Of a stretch of 64,000 bases of DNA, positions 39,974 to 49,535 are shown in pieces; the first letter of the stretch is position 1, and each line of letters starts with the position of its first letter. The translations under genes were made by a program, and so were the position numbers. The notes beneath the pieces were generated by a model. It was given only the letters and a program-made list of their open reading frames with translations, was not told the DNA's origin and made no database searches. This DNA is from Patescibacteria group bacterium (GTDB lineage: Bacteria > Patescibacteriota > Microgenomatia > Levybacterales > UBA12049), in the NCBI GenBank assembly GCA_038063415.1, contig JBBTVD010000002.1, positions 792-64,791 on the forward strand, read 5' to 3'.

Positions 39974-41125
39974 ATGACACAAAAAGAACAACATACCATA
40001 GTCATCGTAGCTCACAAGCTAACCACGCAGCCGGATGACGATCTGGTTATTTACCTCAACAAGAAAAGGTATCCAGATGTGCTCCATATTTGTCATAGTT
40101 TTTCTGATGCACCAGATCGACGAAGTTGGTTTACCTGGTATAAAAACGGAAAAGTTTTTAAAGAACAAAAAACAAAAGATTATAAGCACTTGCCAGAACC
40201 CATGATTTATTTGAAGGAATGGTATTTTACGTGGTTATGGGTATTGCAATCACGACAACGATGGGATCGCTATATTGGTATGGATGGGCTGTGTGTCTTT
40301 TTTGGTAATGTATTACGAAAAGTTGGTCTTGTTAGAAAGACCATTTATTGGGCAATTGATTTTGTTCCAAATAACCGCTTTACATCTCAAATTAAAAATA
40401 AGATATATCATTTTATCAACATTCAAGGATACAAAGATTCAGATGAGATGTGGGATCTTTCTCCACGGATGAAAGAGGCGCGAGAAAAGTACTTGGGAAT
40501 TAAACAAACTATCTATCGTTCACACAAAGTGGTTCCTTATGGAACCTGGATTGACCGAATAAAGAAATATTCTTTTGCTCAGTGCGACAAAAATACGGTT
40601 GTTTTTATGGGACATTTGATTGAAAAACAAGGTGCACAATTATTGATTGAAGCTATCCCTGGAATCATCAAAAAAAATCCAAATTTTCGATTCAAAATAA
40701 TCGGTGGAGGACAATACAAAGAACAACTCATTGAGTTAGCAAAGAAGCTTCATGTGTTGAAATACTGTGACTTTAGAGGGAAAATTCCTGACCATAAAGT
40801 CCTTGAAGACGAAATAGCAAAGTCAGCTGTTGCTGTTGCTCCTTACATCAAAAAACTGGACACCTGGACATATTATGCTGATCCTGGAAAGGTAAAAACA
40901 TACCTTGCTTGTGGTGTCCCGGTGTTGTTGACGGATCTTCCGTGGAATGCAAAAGAGATAGAAAAAGATCAATGCGGGGAAATAATTACAGAAAAATTGG
41001 AAGATATTCAGTCGAGTGTTTTAGATCTCATGCGTGGTGAAAAAAATCAAAAGTATCGTGATAATGCAATTGTTTATGCACAAAACTTTAACTACACGAA
41101 CATTTTTGACGGAGTATCATTATGA
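39974..41125 (+). CDS. GT4 glycosyltransferase
   Basis: FMGHL...QG, DPGKVK.YLACGVPV. Confidence 0.8.
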   Translation: MTQKEQHTIVIVAHKLTTQPDDDLVIYLNKKRYPDVLHICHSFSDAPDRRSWFTWYKNGKVFKEQKTKDYKHLPEPMIYLKEWYFTWLWVLQSRQRWDRYIGMDGLCVFFGNVLRKVGLVRKTIYWAIDFVPNNRFTSQIKNKIYHFINIQGYKDSDEMWDLSPRMKEAREKYLGIKQTIYRSHKVVPYGTWIDRIKKYSFAQCDKNTVVFMGHLIEKQGAQLLIEAIPGIIKKNPNFRFKIIGGGQYKEQLIELAKKLHVLKYCDFRGKIPDHKVLEDEIAKSAVAVAPYIKKLDTWTYYADPGKVKTYLACGVPVLLTDLPWNAKEIEKDQCGEIITEKLEDIQSSVLDLMRGEKNQKYRDNAIVYAQNFNYTNIFDGVSL

Positions 41126-41979
41126 TAAAAAATATTATCAACGCAAAGGAAGCAAAATTGGATAAGAACGGCATTTATGTCGTTAATTTAACATTATCAG
41201 AAGAAGAAAAAGGAAATCAACATGCATGGGAAAGAATTTATAACTTCAAAAGTGCATCGATGAAAAAAGATCGAGAGGATTTTTTTGTCAATAAACTACA
41301 AGATCATATAGCGTACATTGAAAAAGCCTACACGTTCTCCAATAAAAAGGTTTATCTTGAGATTGGTTGTGGCCCAGGGTATATTGGAGAGTATCTTATG
41401 AAAAAGTATCACTGTTCGTTTGTTGGTGTAGATTTTAACTATCCAATGCTGGTAAATCTAAAAAAGTATCTGACAGAAAAGGGATATACAGACTTCATTC
41501 TCGTCTATGCTGATGTGAAGAAGATGCCAATACAGGCTAATACTATCGATTTTATTTATGGTGGAGGAGTGATAGAGCACTTTAAAGACACACAAAACTT
41601 ATTACAACAACTGTATCGAATTCTACGAAAAGACGGGGTTGCGTTCAATACCGTTCCAGCGTTTAATCTTTTTTGGTTGGCAAGAAGTTGGAACAGTATC
41701 CCTGCGGCGACATTTCTGCGAAAGCCTTTTGAGTTGCTCCATCTACGTATCTTAAAAAGTTGGTTGCTCTCAAAGTATCATGGATATGAATTAAGTTTTA
41801 CTTTAGGAAAGTTGTATGACCTTCATAAAAAAGTTGGTTTTAAATCTATTTCTGGGGGAGCTTTTGCTTTTCATCCATCCTCGAGCAAAATGAAAAGCAA
41901 AGTGACTCGAGATATGTATTACTTCTTAAGTAAACAAAAACTCTTTTCCCCGATGTATTACATTGTTGGCAAGAAATAA
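41122..41979 (+). CDS. Class I SAM-dependent methyltransferase
   Basis: LEIGCGPG, GVD, GVIEHF. Confidence 0.85.
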   Translation: MIKNIINAKEAKLDKNGIYVVNLTLSEEEKGNQHAWERIYNFKSASMKKDREDFFVNKLQDHIAYIEKAYTFSNKKVYLEIGCGPGYIGEYLMKKYHCSFVGVDFNYPMLVNLKKYLTEKGYTDFILVYADVKKMPIQANTIDFIYGGGVIEHFKDTQNLLQQLYRILRKDGVAFNTVPAFNLFWLARSWNSIPAATFLRKPFELLHLRILKSWLLSKYHGYELSFTLGKLYDLHKKVGFKSISGGAFAFHPSSSKMKSKVTRDMYYFLSKQKLFSPMYYIVGKK

Positions 41980-41980
41980 T

Positions 41981-43033
41981 ATGAAGATTCTTTACCACAT
42001 GCCTTCACTTTCCACGATTTACGCCGGAAGAACTATTTATTATGGATATAAACACGCATTTGAAGATCTTGGGCATACCTTTTATACGCTAACTTCAGAT
42101 GATAACCAGGAAGAATTGTTTGAAAAGGTAAATCCTGACATTTTTATTTCTTCTTTATCAGATTACAACCTGAAATTTTTAGATTTAAAAATCTTAAATA
42201 ACGCAAGAAAAAAAGGAACAAAAGCATTTATGAGTACTCATGCTTGGAAATCTCCTATGTCCAAGATAAGAATAAATGAGCCATATAGCCTGAGTGGACA
42301 AAAAGCGAAAGTATCAAAGATCAAAAACCATCAACTTGGTGACGTCTTCTTTAATCCTATGGAGCAGGGAGATGAACGTATGGAAGGATTCCAAAAGGAA
42401 ACTGGCTATCCTCACACGACGATACTCTTGGCGGCGGATAAAACCATTCTTTATCCGGAACCACAGCAAAAATATCGAGCCGACATTTCTTTTATTGGGA
42501 CTTATTTACCAGAAAAAAGAAAGTTTATCGAAGAGTACGTTTTTCCTTTGCGAAAGCACTATAATCTAAGATTATATGGACAGGATTGGACTTCTCTTGA
42601 GAGATTAAAAGGTTTCGCTCAGAAAATTGGTCAATATTTTAATATTCCCTATCTGAAATCTTTTCAAAAGGCGCAGCTTGCACTTAAAGAAGAGCGGCAA
42701 GTGTATAGTTCTTCAACTATTTGTATTAACATTCACGAAGAGTATCAGCGAAGAATTGGAGGAGATTGTAATGAAAGGACATTCAAAATACCGCTCTGTG
42801 ACGGATTTGAAATTACCGATGATGTTGCGTGTATTCACAAGTACTTTAAAGAGGGAAAGGAGATAATTATTGCAAAAGACGCAACAGACTGGTTTGAAAA
42901 AATTGCATATTTTTTCAAAAATCCTGAAAAGCGTCTTCCGATTATTCGCGCTGGGAAAAAGCGTGTATTACAAGATCATACGTACCATAATCGTATAGAA
43001 CAAATGATTGCTATTTATAACAAAATTGCATAA
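41981..43033 (+). CDS. CgeB-like glycosyltransferase (Glyco_trans_1_2)
   Basis: ISFIGT, INIH, NERTF, HTY.NR. Confidence 0.8.
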   Translation: MKILYHMPSLSTIYAGRTIYYGYKHAFEDLGHTFYTLTSDDNQEELFEKVNPDIFISSLSDYNLKFLDLKILNNARKKGTKAFMSTHAWKSPMSKIRINEPYSLSGQKAKVSKIKNHQLGDVFFNPMEQGDERMEGFQKETGYPHTTILLAADKTILYPEPQQKYRADISFIGTYLPEKRKFIEEYVFPLRKHYNLRLYGQDWTSLERLKGFAQKIGQYFNIPYLKSFQKAQLALKEERQVYSSSTICINIHEEYQRRIGGDCNERTFKIPLCDGFEITDDVACIHKYFKEGKEIIIAKDATDWFEKIAYFFKNPEKRLPIIRAGKKRVLQDHTYHNRIEQMIAIYNKIA

Positions 43034-43036
43034 ACT

Positions 43037-43633
43037 ATGAAGAAGTTGAAAAAAGTAATTGTCAATTTAGGTTGTGGAAAGGTCAAAATTCCTGGAGCTA
43101 TTGGACTGGATAGAGTAAAGATAGACGGATATGTTGATATTGTTCATGACTTGGACGAAGTTCCTTATCCATTCAAAAAAGATTCTGTTGATGAGATACA
43201 TTTTTATCATGTCTTGGAGCATTTACATGATCCTATCCGTAAACTTGAAGAAATTCATAGGATTTTAAAACCAGGCGGTCTGCTCCATATGCGTGTGCCT
43301 CATTTTTCGAGTATGGGTGCGTTTACTGATTTGACGCATATTCGTCCTTTTGGCTATTATAGTTTTGATTGTTTAGAAAGTGATAATTACCAACATTTTT
43401 ATACAACGGTATCATTTAAGATACAAAAAAAAGAAATCAAATATCTCGGTATGTATCCCAATGACGGCATTTATGCCAAATATGTGCATCCAAACCAATG
43501 CCATATTCTTGCTAGACCATTTGTCCGATTATTAAACTATTTGATCAAACTTTCTCCGACTGCTTTTGAAAGAATCTGGTGTTATTGGGTTGGGGGAGCA
43601 ACAGAAGTTGTCGTTACTTTAGAAAAAGTATGA
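43037..43633 (+). CDS. SAM-dependent methyltransferase
   Basis: NLGCG, HVLEHL, RILKPGG, D.TH. Confidence 0.85.
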   Translation: MKKLKKVIVNLGCGKVKIPGAIGLDRVKIDGYVDIVHDLDEVPYPFKKDSVDEIHFYHVLEHLHDPIRKLEEIHRILKPGGLLHMRVPHFSSMGAFTDLTHIRPFGYYSFDCLESDNYQHFYTTVSFKIQKKEIKYLGMYPNDGIYAKYVHPNQCHILARPFVRLLNYLIKLSPTAFERIWCYWVGGATEVVVTLEKV

Positions 43634-44448
43634 GCAAACAAACAAAACATGTGATCAGTGACCAAGAGGCGTTTTTTAACCAAAATGCCGAACATAAAAA
43701 AGATATCAATCTCGACTCTCTTTTTAGTGAATATGCAAATAAAGAGCAATGGGGAGGTTTAGATTGGATTGCTGATAAAAAAAAGATTTTAGAGTACGGT
43801 TGTGGGACAGGCACGTCACTTGATGTGTTTTTTAAAAAAAGAAAAAGAAAAGAGTATCAGATTTATGGGGTTGATATAGCTGGAGTTGCCGTAAAAAAAG
43901 CCAAAGAAAACTATCCCGAATTTACCTTTTATAAAATCTCAAATAATAAAATGCCCCAAATTAAAGATAACAGTCTTGATGCTGCTTTTATGTTCCATGT
44001 GTTACATCATACAGATGAACATCAAGCAATCTTTGATGAAATAGGTAAAAAATTGAAAAAGAATGGCAAATTTCTTATCAATGATTTGTCTTCAAATAAT
44101 CTTATTAATAAAACAGCGCGAAATGCTTTTATCCATATGCCTTCATTTGTGAAAAAGAAATTTGGTGATGATCTTGTGGTGGGTGAGAGTATCCCAGAAA
44201 AATACAAAGTTACTATCGAAGAGGTGGTAAAAAAACTTAAAAAAGCAGGATTTAAAGTAGAAAAGGTCGGACATGGGCATCTTTTCTTTTTTGTTTTTGG
44301 CTGGGTTGATCGCTTTATTCCTCTCTCCAAGTTGTCACTGATACGAGCCTTTTATAAGCGACTTATCAAAGGAGAAGAACGATTACTCCATCAAAAGTTT
44401 TTCCAAAAAAGAACAGAAGTATTTTTTATTCATGCAGTAAAACAATAA
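43630..44448 (+). CDS. SAM-dependent methyltransferase
   Basis: LEYGCGTG, GVDI, VLHH. Confidence 0.85.
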   Translation: MSKQTKHVISDQEAFFNQNAEHKKDINLDSLFSEYANKEQWGGLDWIADKKKILEYGCGTGTSLDVFFKKRKRKEYQIYGVDIAGVAVKKAKENYPEFTFYKISNNKMPQIKDNSLDAAFMFHVLHHTDEHQAIFDEIGKKLKKNGKFLINDLSSNNLINKTARNAFIHMPSFVKKKFGDDLVVGESIPEKYKVTIEEVVKKLKKAGFKVEKVGHGHLFFFVFGWVDRFIPLSKLSLIRAFYKRLIKGEERLLHQKFFQKRTEVFFIHAVKQ

Positions 44449-44458
44449 CTATTCATCA

Positions 44459-45094
44459 ATGAAAAACACACCAAATTCAGGAGATTACAGCCTTTCTTTA
44501 AATTCGTATGTTATCTCGCAAGTGCCGGACAAAAGTGTTTGTTTGGACGTAGGATGTTGGACAGGAAACCTTGGTAAATTTCTCAAAGAAAAAAAAGACT
44601 GTATTGTCGATGGAATTGACGTAGCAGACGAGCCACTCCAGAAAGCAAAAAAAAACGGCTATCGTGAAACATACAAAATAAATCTCAACAACGACCCTTT
44701 GCGTTTGGATCAATTAAAGAAATATGATGTTATCATTTTTGCCGATGTTCTGGAGCATTTGGTTAACCCTCCGGCAATTCTTTCGCAAATGAAGAAGAAA
44801 TTAAAAACAGACGGAACAGTTATTATCTCTTTACCAAATGTCGCCTTTCTACTCAATAGACTTCTGTTACTCTTCGGTAAGTGGGATTATCGTGAATTTG
44901 GTACTTTAGATAAAACACATCTTCGATTTTATACTATTGATTCTGTACAAAAGATGGTTGAGTCAGCTGGTTTTACCGTGACGAAAGTAAAACCCTATAA
45001 CCAATTTGGGTTGCTGCGCTATATTGCGCCCCTGACAGCTTTATTTCCGTCGCTTTTTGCTTATCAGATTCTTCTTGTCGCGAAACCAAAATGA
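44459..45094 (+). CDS. SAM-dependent methyltransferase
   Basis: LDVGC..G, DVLEHL..P, SLPN, G.LD.THLRFYT. Confidence 0.85.
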   Translation: MKNTPNSGDYSLSLNSYVISQVPDKSVCLDVGCWTGNLGKFLKEKKDCIVDGIDVADEPLQKAKKNGYRETYKINLNNDPLRLDQLKKYDVIIFADVLEHLVNPPAILSQMKKKLKTDGTVIISLPNVAFLLNRLLLLFGKWDYREFGTLDKTHLRFYTIDSVQKMVESAGFTVTKVKPYNQFGLLRYIAPLTALFPSLFAYQILLVAKPK

Positions 45095-46146
45095 CCAAAC
45101 ATGTTCCAAAAGACATTGTATTATCAGTTGCGATTCCGACCTATGAACGGCCGGGACCACTGGAGAAAATTCTTGAGCAGCTAATTGCGCAAAAAGAACA
45201 ACGGTTTGCTGTCGTTATTTCAGATGATAGCGCTTCAACTGCGATTGAGGAAGTTGTAAAGAAATATGCCAAAAAACTACCACACTTACTCTATCATAAA
45301 AATAAAAAGAATTTAGGCTTCAGTGGTAATGTGTGCAAGCTTTATGAGCTAGCCCAAACCCGCTATGTGTGGTTTCTTTGTGATGATGACACCGTGTTAC
45401 CAGATGCGATAAAGAATATCCTCAGTGCAATTGAACGTTATAAGCCTGTTGTCGCTGTTTTTAATACTCGTTGGGTAGATTCTTTTGGCAGAGACAGTGT
45501 CGCTGGGGTAAAAAAAGACATTGTTTATACTGATAGACAAAAGTTAACAGATTATCAACCATTAATGCGAACTACCTTTCTTTCAATTGTTGTGGTAGAA
45601 AAGAGACTATCTTTAGATGCGATAAAAGAAAAGGCCTATACAGACAACATTTTTTTTCAAGTAACACTTTCTTTATTATTACTCAGTGACAAGTTTACTT
45701 ACTGTGAAATAGCTTCTCCCATTGTCAGGAGAAATGTCGGTTACAAGTATGGAGAATTTTTCAAATTCTATTTGGTAGATGAACTCAAAGCCGTAACGAT
45801 TGTTGATCATGCATTTGATAATAGAAAGTTTATGCAATGGTCGGTCAAGCATTTGCCTTCTGCCTTTGAACTATATCTATCTCAAAAGATTGGTTTATTT
45901 AAGTACCACGGTAGACCAACGAAGACTACCATAAAATTGCTTCTCCATTTTTATGGAGTATACAGTCTATTGTTTCCATTGTTTGTCTTGGCATACTACC
46001 TCACCCCTTCAGTTCTTATTGCGTTGGTTTACCGAATGGTGTTATGGAGATATCACGGGATAACAACGGGTAACCGTGTGTATAGGGAGAATGTTAATAG
46101 AGCATTTACGGATAACAGAAAGACAGGTTTTACAAGTTATAGATAA
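45091..46146 (+). CDS. GT2 glycosyltransferase
   Basis: IPTYER, SDDS, NLGF..N, CDDD. Confidence 0.85.
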   Translation: MTKHVPKDIVLSVAIPTYERPGPLEKILEQLIAQKEQRFAVVISDDSASTAIEEVVKKYAKKLPHLLYHKNKKNLGFSGNVCKLYELAQTRYVWFLCDDDTVLPDAIKNILSAIERYKPVVAVFNTRWVDSFGRDSVAGVKKDIVYTDRQKLTDYQPLMRTTFLSIVVVEKRLSLDAIKEKAYTDNIFFQVTLSLLLLSDKFTYCEIASPIVRRNVGYKYGEFFKFYLVDELKAVTIVDHAFDNRKFMQWSVKHLPSAFELYLSQKIGLFKYHGRPTKTTIKLLLHFYGVYSLLFPLFVLAYYLTPSVLIALVYRMVLWRYHGITTGNRVYRENVNRAFTDNRKTGFTSYR

Positions 46147-46183
46147 TAGAAAGCTCTCTTTTAATTTAAAAGGGTTAGTTTTC

Positions 46184-46561
46184 TTAAACTAACTCTTCGA
46201 CATGAATAAATCCTTGTGCATCGCTAGCCATATAAAGATTTACATTATTTGAGCCAGTATCTCTTTGCATAGTTAATTTGTACGTATGATTTCCCGCACT
46301 TGGAGTGATAATTGCTTCAACAATAAGCGCTGCCCCTTCAGCTACAACACCATAATAAGCAGTCTGAATAGTTGTTGATCCTTCTTTAATACGAAATGCT
46401 ACTCTATCTCCAGCTGTACCATACATTCTGGGCAAGAAGCCCGTAATCCTTACTTTATATCCACCCGTTGATACTGTAACGTCTACAGAAAGACTCGTAA
46501 TATCAACTTCAGAAGTAATATTACTTTGGGTTGTAGTTGCTTCAGCGTAACCTATTTGCAT
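46184..46561 (-). CDS. Orphan beta-sandwich protein resembling a phage tail-fibre C-terminal domain
   Basis: Beta-rich; DITSLSV.VTV, PSAGNHTYKL, FIHVEELV; own TTGACA-17-TTTAAT promoter (46571-46599); antisense to the cluster. Confidence 0.55.
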   Translation of the reverse strand: MQIGYAEATTTQSNITSEVDITSLSVDVTVSTGGYKVRITGFLPRMYGTAGDRVAFRIKEGSTTIQTAYYGVVAEGAALIVEAIITPSAGNHTYKLTMQRDTGSNNVNLYMASDAQGFIHVEELV

Positions 46562-46677
46562 ATTGAACTAATTAAACATTTTTCTCTAAGTCTTGTCAAG
46601 AGATCTTTGTGTATCAAGAATAAGATTGCCCCTTGAAAATCTTGAGAAAACATACTACTATCAAATGAACTTAAAAT

Positions 46678-47409
46678 ATGTCTAAACTGATAAGTGCTTA
46701 TGCAAAGCGAATACAATATAAAGCGAAAGTCTATTCTCGTTTCACCTTAGATTCTTTATTTCCCAAACAACAACAAAAGATTATTGATGCCTTTCATAAG
46801 CTTTTTTATGATTCCAATATCATAGGAAAAACATGGAATGATTCTTATTTTTTGGGAACTGGAATCCAGAAATGTCCGCTTGATCTTTTTATCTACCAGG
46901 AGATATTATTTGACGTAAAGCCAGATATCATCATTGAAACTGGAACAAAATTTGGAGGAAGTGCTCATTATCTCGCAGTACTTTGTGATGCTCTTAAAAA
47001 AGGTGAGATCATAACAGTTGATATTACACCAGAAAAGAACATGCCAAAACATAAACGGATTAAATACCTGGTTGGTTCTTCAATAGACAGTGAAATATTA
47101 AAAACAATAAAAGGCAGAATTAAAAAAGGTAATAAGGTTCTTGTTATTCTTGACTCAGATCACTCCAAAGACCATGTTCTTAAAGAGCTTAAAATTTATA
47201 ATAAATTTGTAACAAAGGGAAGCTATATGATTGTAGAAGATTCCAATGTAAATGGTCATCCTGTAAATAAAGAACATGGGCCAGGTCCGATGGAAGCAAT
47301 TGAAGCATTTATGAAAGAAGAAGGAAAGAAACAATTTGTTATCGATAAATCAAGAGAAAAGTTTTATGTAACCTTTAATCCAAATGGGTATCTCAAAAAG
47401 ACTGCTTAG
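46678..47409 (+). CDS. CmcI/cephalosporin hydroxylase-family (rhamnosyl) O-methyltransferase
   Basis: KCPLDL..YQEI....KPD.IIETGT..GGS, LDSDH...HV..EL, VEDS, NPNGYL. Confidence 0.9.
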   Translation: MSKLISAYAKRIQYKAKVYSRFTLDSLFPKQQQKIIDAFHKLFYDSNIIGKTWNDSYFLGTGIQKCPLDLFIYQEILFDVKPDIIIETGTKFGGSAHYLAVLCDALKKGEIITVDITPEKNMPKHKRIKYLVGSSIDSEILKTIKGRIKKGNKVLVILDSDHSKDHVLKELKIYNKFVTKGSYMIVEDSNVNGHPVNKEHGPGPMEAIEAFMKEEGKKQFVIDKSREKFYVTFNPNGYLKKTA

Positions 47410-47420
47410 CCTTGTCATGT

Positions 47421-49535
47421 ATGGGTAAAAAAATCCCCTATTTTATTATCGTTTTACTCCCGCTACTTCTGACCTACGTTTTTTTCTATAATATTACTGG
47501 GAATGATTTTTTGTTTCTCCATGATGAGTACTTAATACTCAATAAGCAAGAAAGTTTCAATATATTTTTTACTCAAAATCCCCTTAGTTTAGGTATTGCA
47601 AATACAACTGTTTTAATTGTTACCTTTCTTGAAAAGCTCTATTATTTTTTGACATACTCTTTTGACCTTCAAACTCCTTTTATACAACGATTATTATATT
47701 TCATAAAGTTATTTTTTCTTCTTCTTTTGCCTTACATTGGTTTTATGAAAATTTCACGATTGTTCTTTAAAGAGCAAGATAATCTTTCTGTCTTCTTCAT
47801 ATCTCTTTGGTATAGTTTTAATACCTATACCTTAATTTATTTACACGGGAATGCATTCTCCTTGACGTTACTTATTTGTTACGCACTTGCTCCTTTAGCT
47901 TTTTATTTTTATCATAAGTCTATCTTTGGTGTACAAGAAAAAATTGATAGATTAAAAGTAGTTCTTCTGTTCTTCTTTATGTCATTTGCTGTTTATTTGC
48001 ATGCCGCTTTCCTTTTATGTATTGCTATCTATACTTTCCTTTTCACCTATTTTGAGAAAGTGGCTGTTTCTAAAGTAATAAAGAATATTTTTCTTTTGAT
48101 CATTATGTCTTTGCCAACACTGGGTATACTTTTTCTTATTCCTTATGATATGTTTTTTTCTTCGACTGCGACAATTAATACTACTGGAGGAGAAACGTTT
48201 GGTAATTTACAAGGAGGGCTCTTATATCCATTGCTCATGTGGTTTTCCTGGGGGATTTATACCTTTTGGGAACCAAGAAATATTTTTACTTTTACTGATT
48301 ACTTTCGTACGCTTCCCTCCCTTATTGCTCCGTTTATTATCTATGCGCTTTTGTTACCAGGTATATTAGCAAAGAAGAAAAAGCCACTTTTTTTCTTATT
48401 CCTTTTCCTTTTCTTACTCTTTTTGTTTTTGATCAAAGGGCCTCAGGCTCCTTTTGGAGACATCTATGTCTGGATTGTTCAACATATTCCTGGTTTTCGT
48501 GTCTTTAGATCTCCTGACAATAAATTTGGTTTTATCCTCATTTTTCTTCTTTGTCTCTTACTTTTGTATGTTTCGTCATCGTATAAGAGAAAGGTTTTTA
48601 TCTCATTGGTTAGTCTCGTGATCCTGATACAGGGGTATTTGATTTTCAATGGAGTAGCAATTAGGGGAGAGAACACTGTAACTTCCTCTGATCGTATTGT
48701 GAAAGTACCACAGGAGTATTACCATGTTGCAACATATTTTAACGAAAATGCTTCTCCTTATGGATACATCATGCCAATTCCTTCAGCTGAGTTCGGTCAT
48801 TATCGACTTGAGCCCCATAAGAGACATATTGGGCAAGATATTCTGCCCAAATTAACAAATCTACCTTTTCTTTACATAACTGCTGATAGTGGGATTGCAA
48901 GTAATACCTACGAAAAGTTGTCCACTATTCTTAAAGAAAAAGATATAAAAAAGCTTTCAGTTTTTCCTATAAAATATTTCCTTCTTAGAAATGATAGTTA
49001 TATTGAAACAAAGGACGAAAAAGAACTAAAAAAGCGTATCGCAGAGACTTTTAAAGAAAAATATCAAAACAAATATTTTGTTGTCTTTGAAAATGAGCAT
49101 TTTACCCCTCTCATTCAGGCACGCAAGAGTACTTTTATTATGGAAAGCCCCATTAGATACAAAATTTCGTTAAAAAATATCAAAGAGGAGCAAACAATCA
49201 TTTTTAATCAAAGCTATAACCCCAATTGGGTTCTGTACCCGGCTAAATCAGATGAGCTAAAATTACTTTTTACACCTGAGCTCTTTACCAGCACACATGA
49301 TGTGGCAAATGGATACGCCAACTCATGGCATGTGTCTGCGGAGTCTGTAAAAGCGTCGCTAGATAAAAAGGATTATACCATTAATGCTGATGGTTCAGTC
49401 GATCTTGATCTTATTTTATATTTTAAAACACAAGTGTATTTTTACCTAGGAATTATGGTAACGAGTATCTATCTGATTATCATTTCGCTTTATCTCCTTT
49501 GGCATGATATAGTGAGAAAGAGAATACATTTATGA
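47421..49535 (+). CDS. Large multi-TM membrane protein, GT-C-like (AftD-like)
   Basis: WYSFN, KGPQAPFG, FRSP.NKF, FNQSYNPNW, H..ANGYANSW. Confidence 0.6.
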   Translation: MGKKIPYFIIVLLPLLLTYVFFYNITGNDFLFLHDEYLILNKQESFNIFFTQNPLSLGIANTTVLIVTFLEKLYYFLTYSFDLQTPFIQRLLYFIKLFFLLLLPYIGFMKISRLFFKEQDNLSVFFISLWYSFNTYTLIYLHGNAFSLTLLICYALAPLAFYFYHKSIFGVQEKIDRLKVVLLFFFMSFAVYLHAAFLLCIAIYTFLFTYFEKVAVSKVIKNIFLLIIMSLPTLGILFLIPYDMFFSSTATINTTGGETFGNLQGGLLYPLLMWFSWGIYTFWEPRNIFTFTDYFRTLPSLIAPFIIYALLLPGILAKKKKPLFFLFLFLFLLFLFLIKGPQAPFGDIYVWIVQHIPGFRVFRSPDNKFGFILIFLLCLLLLYVSSSYKRKVFISLVSLVILIQGYLIFNGVAIRGENTVTSSDRIVKVPQEYYHVATYFNENASPYGYIMPIPSAEFGHYRLEPHKRHIGQDILPKLTNLPFLYITADSGIASNTYEKLSTILKEKDIKKLSVFPIKYFLLRNDSYIETKDEKELKKRIAETFKEKYQNKYFVVFENEHFTPLIQARKSTFIMESPIRYKISLKNIKEEQTIIFNQSYNPNWVLYPAKSDELKLLFTPELFTSTHDVANGYANSWHVSAESVKASLDKKDYTINADGSVDLDLILYFKTQVYFYLGIMVTSIYLIIISLYLLWHDIVRKRIHL

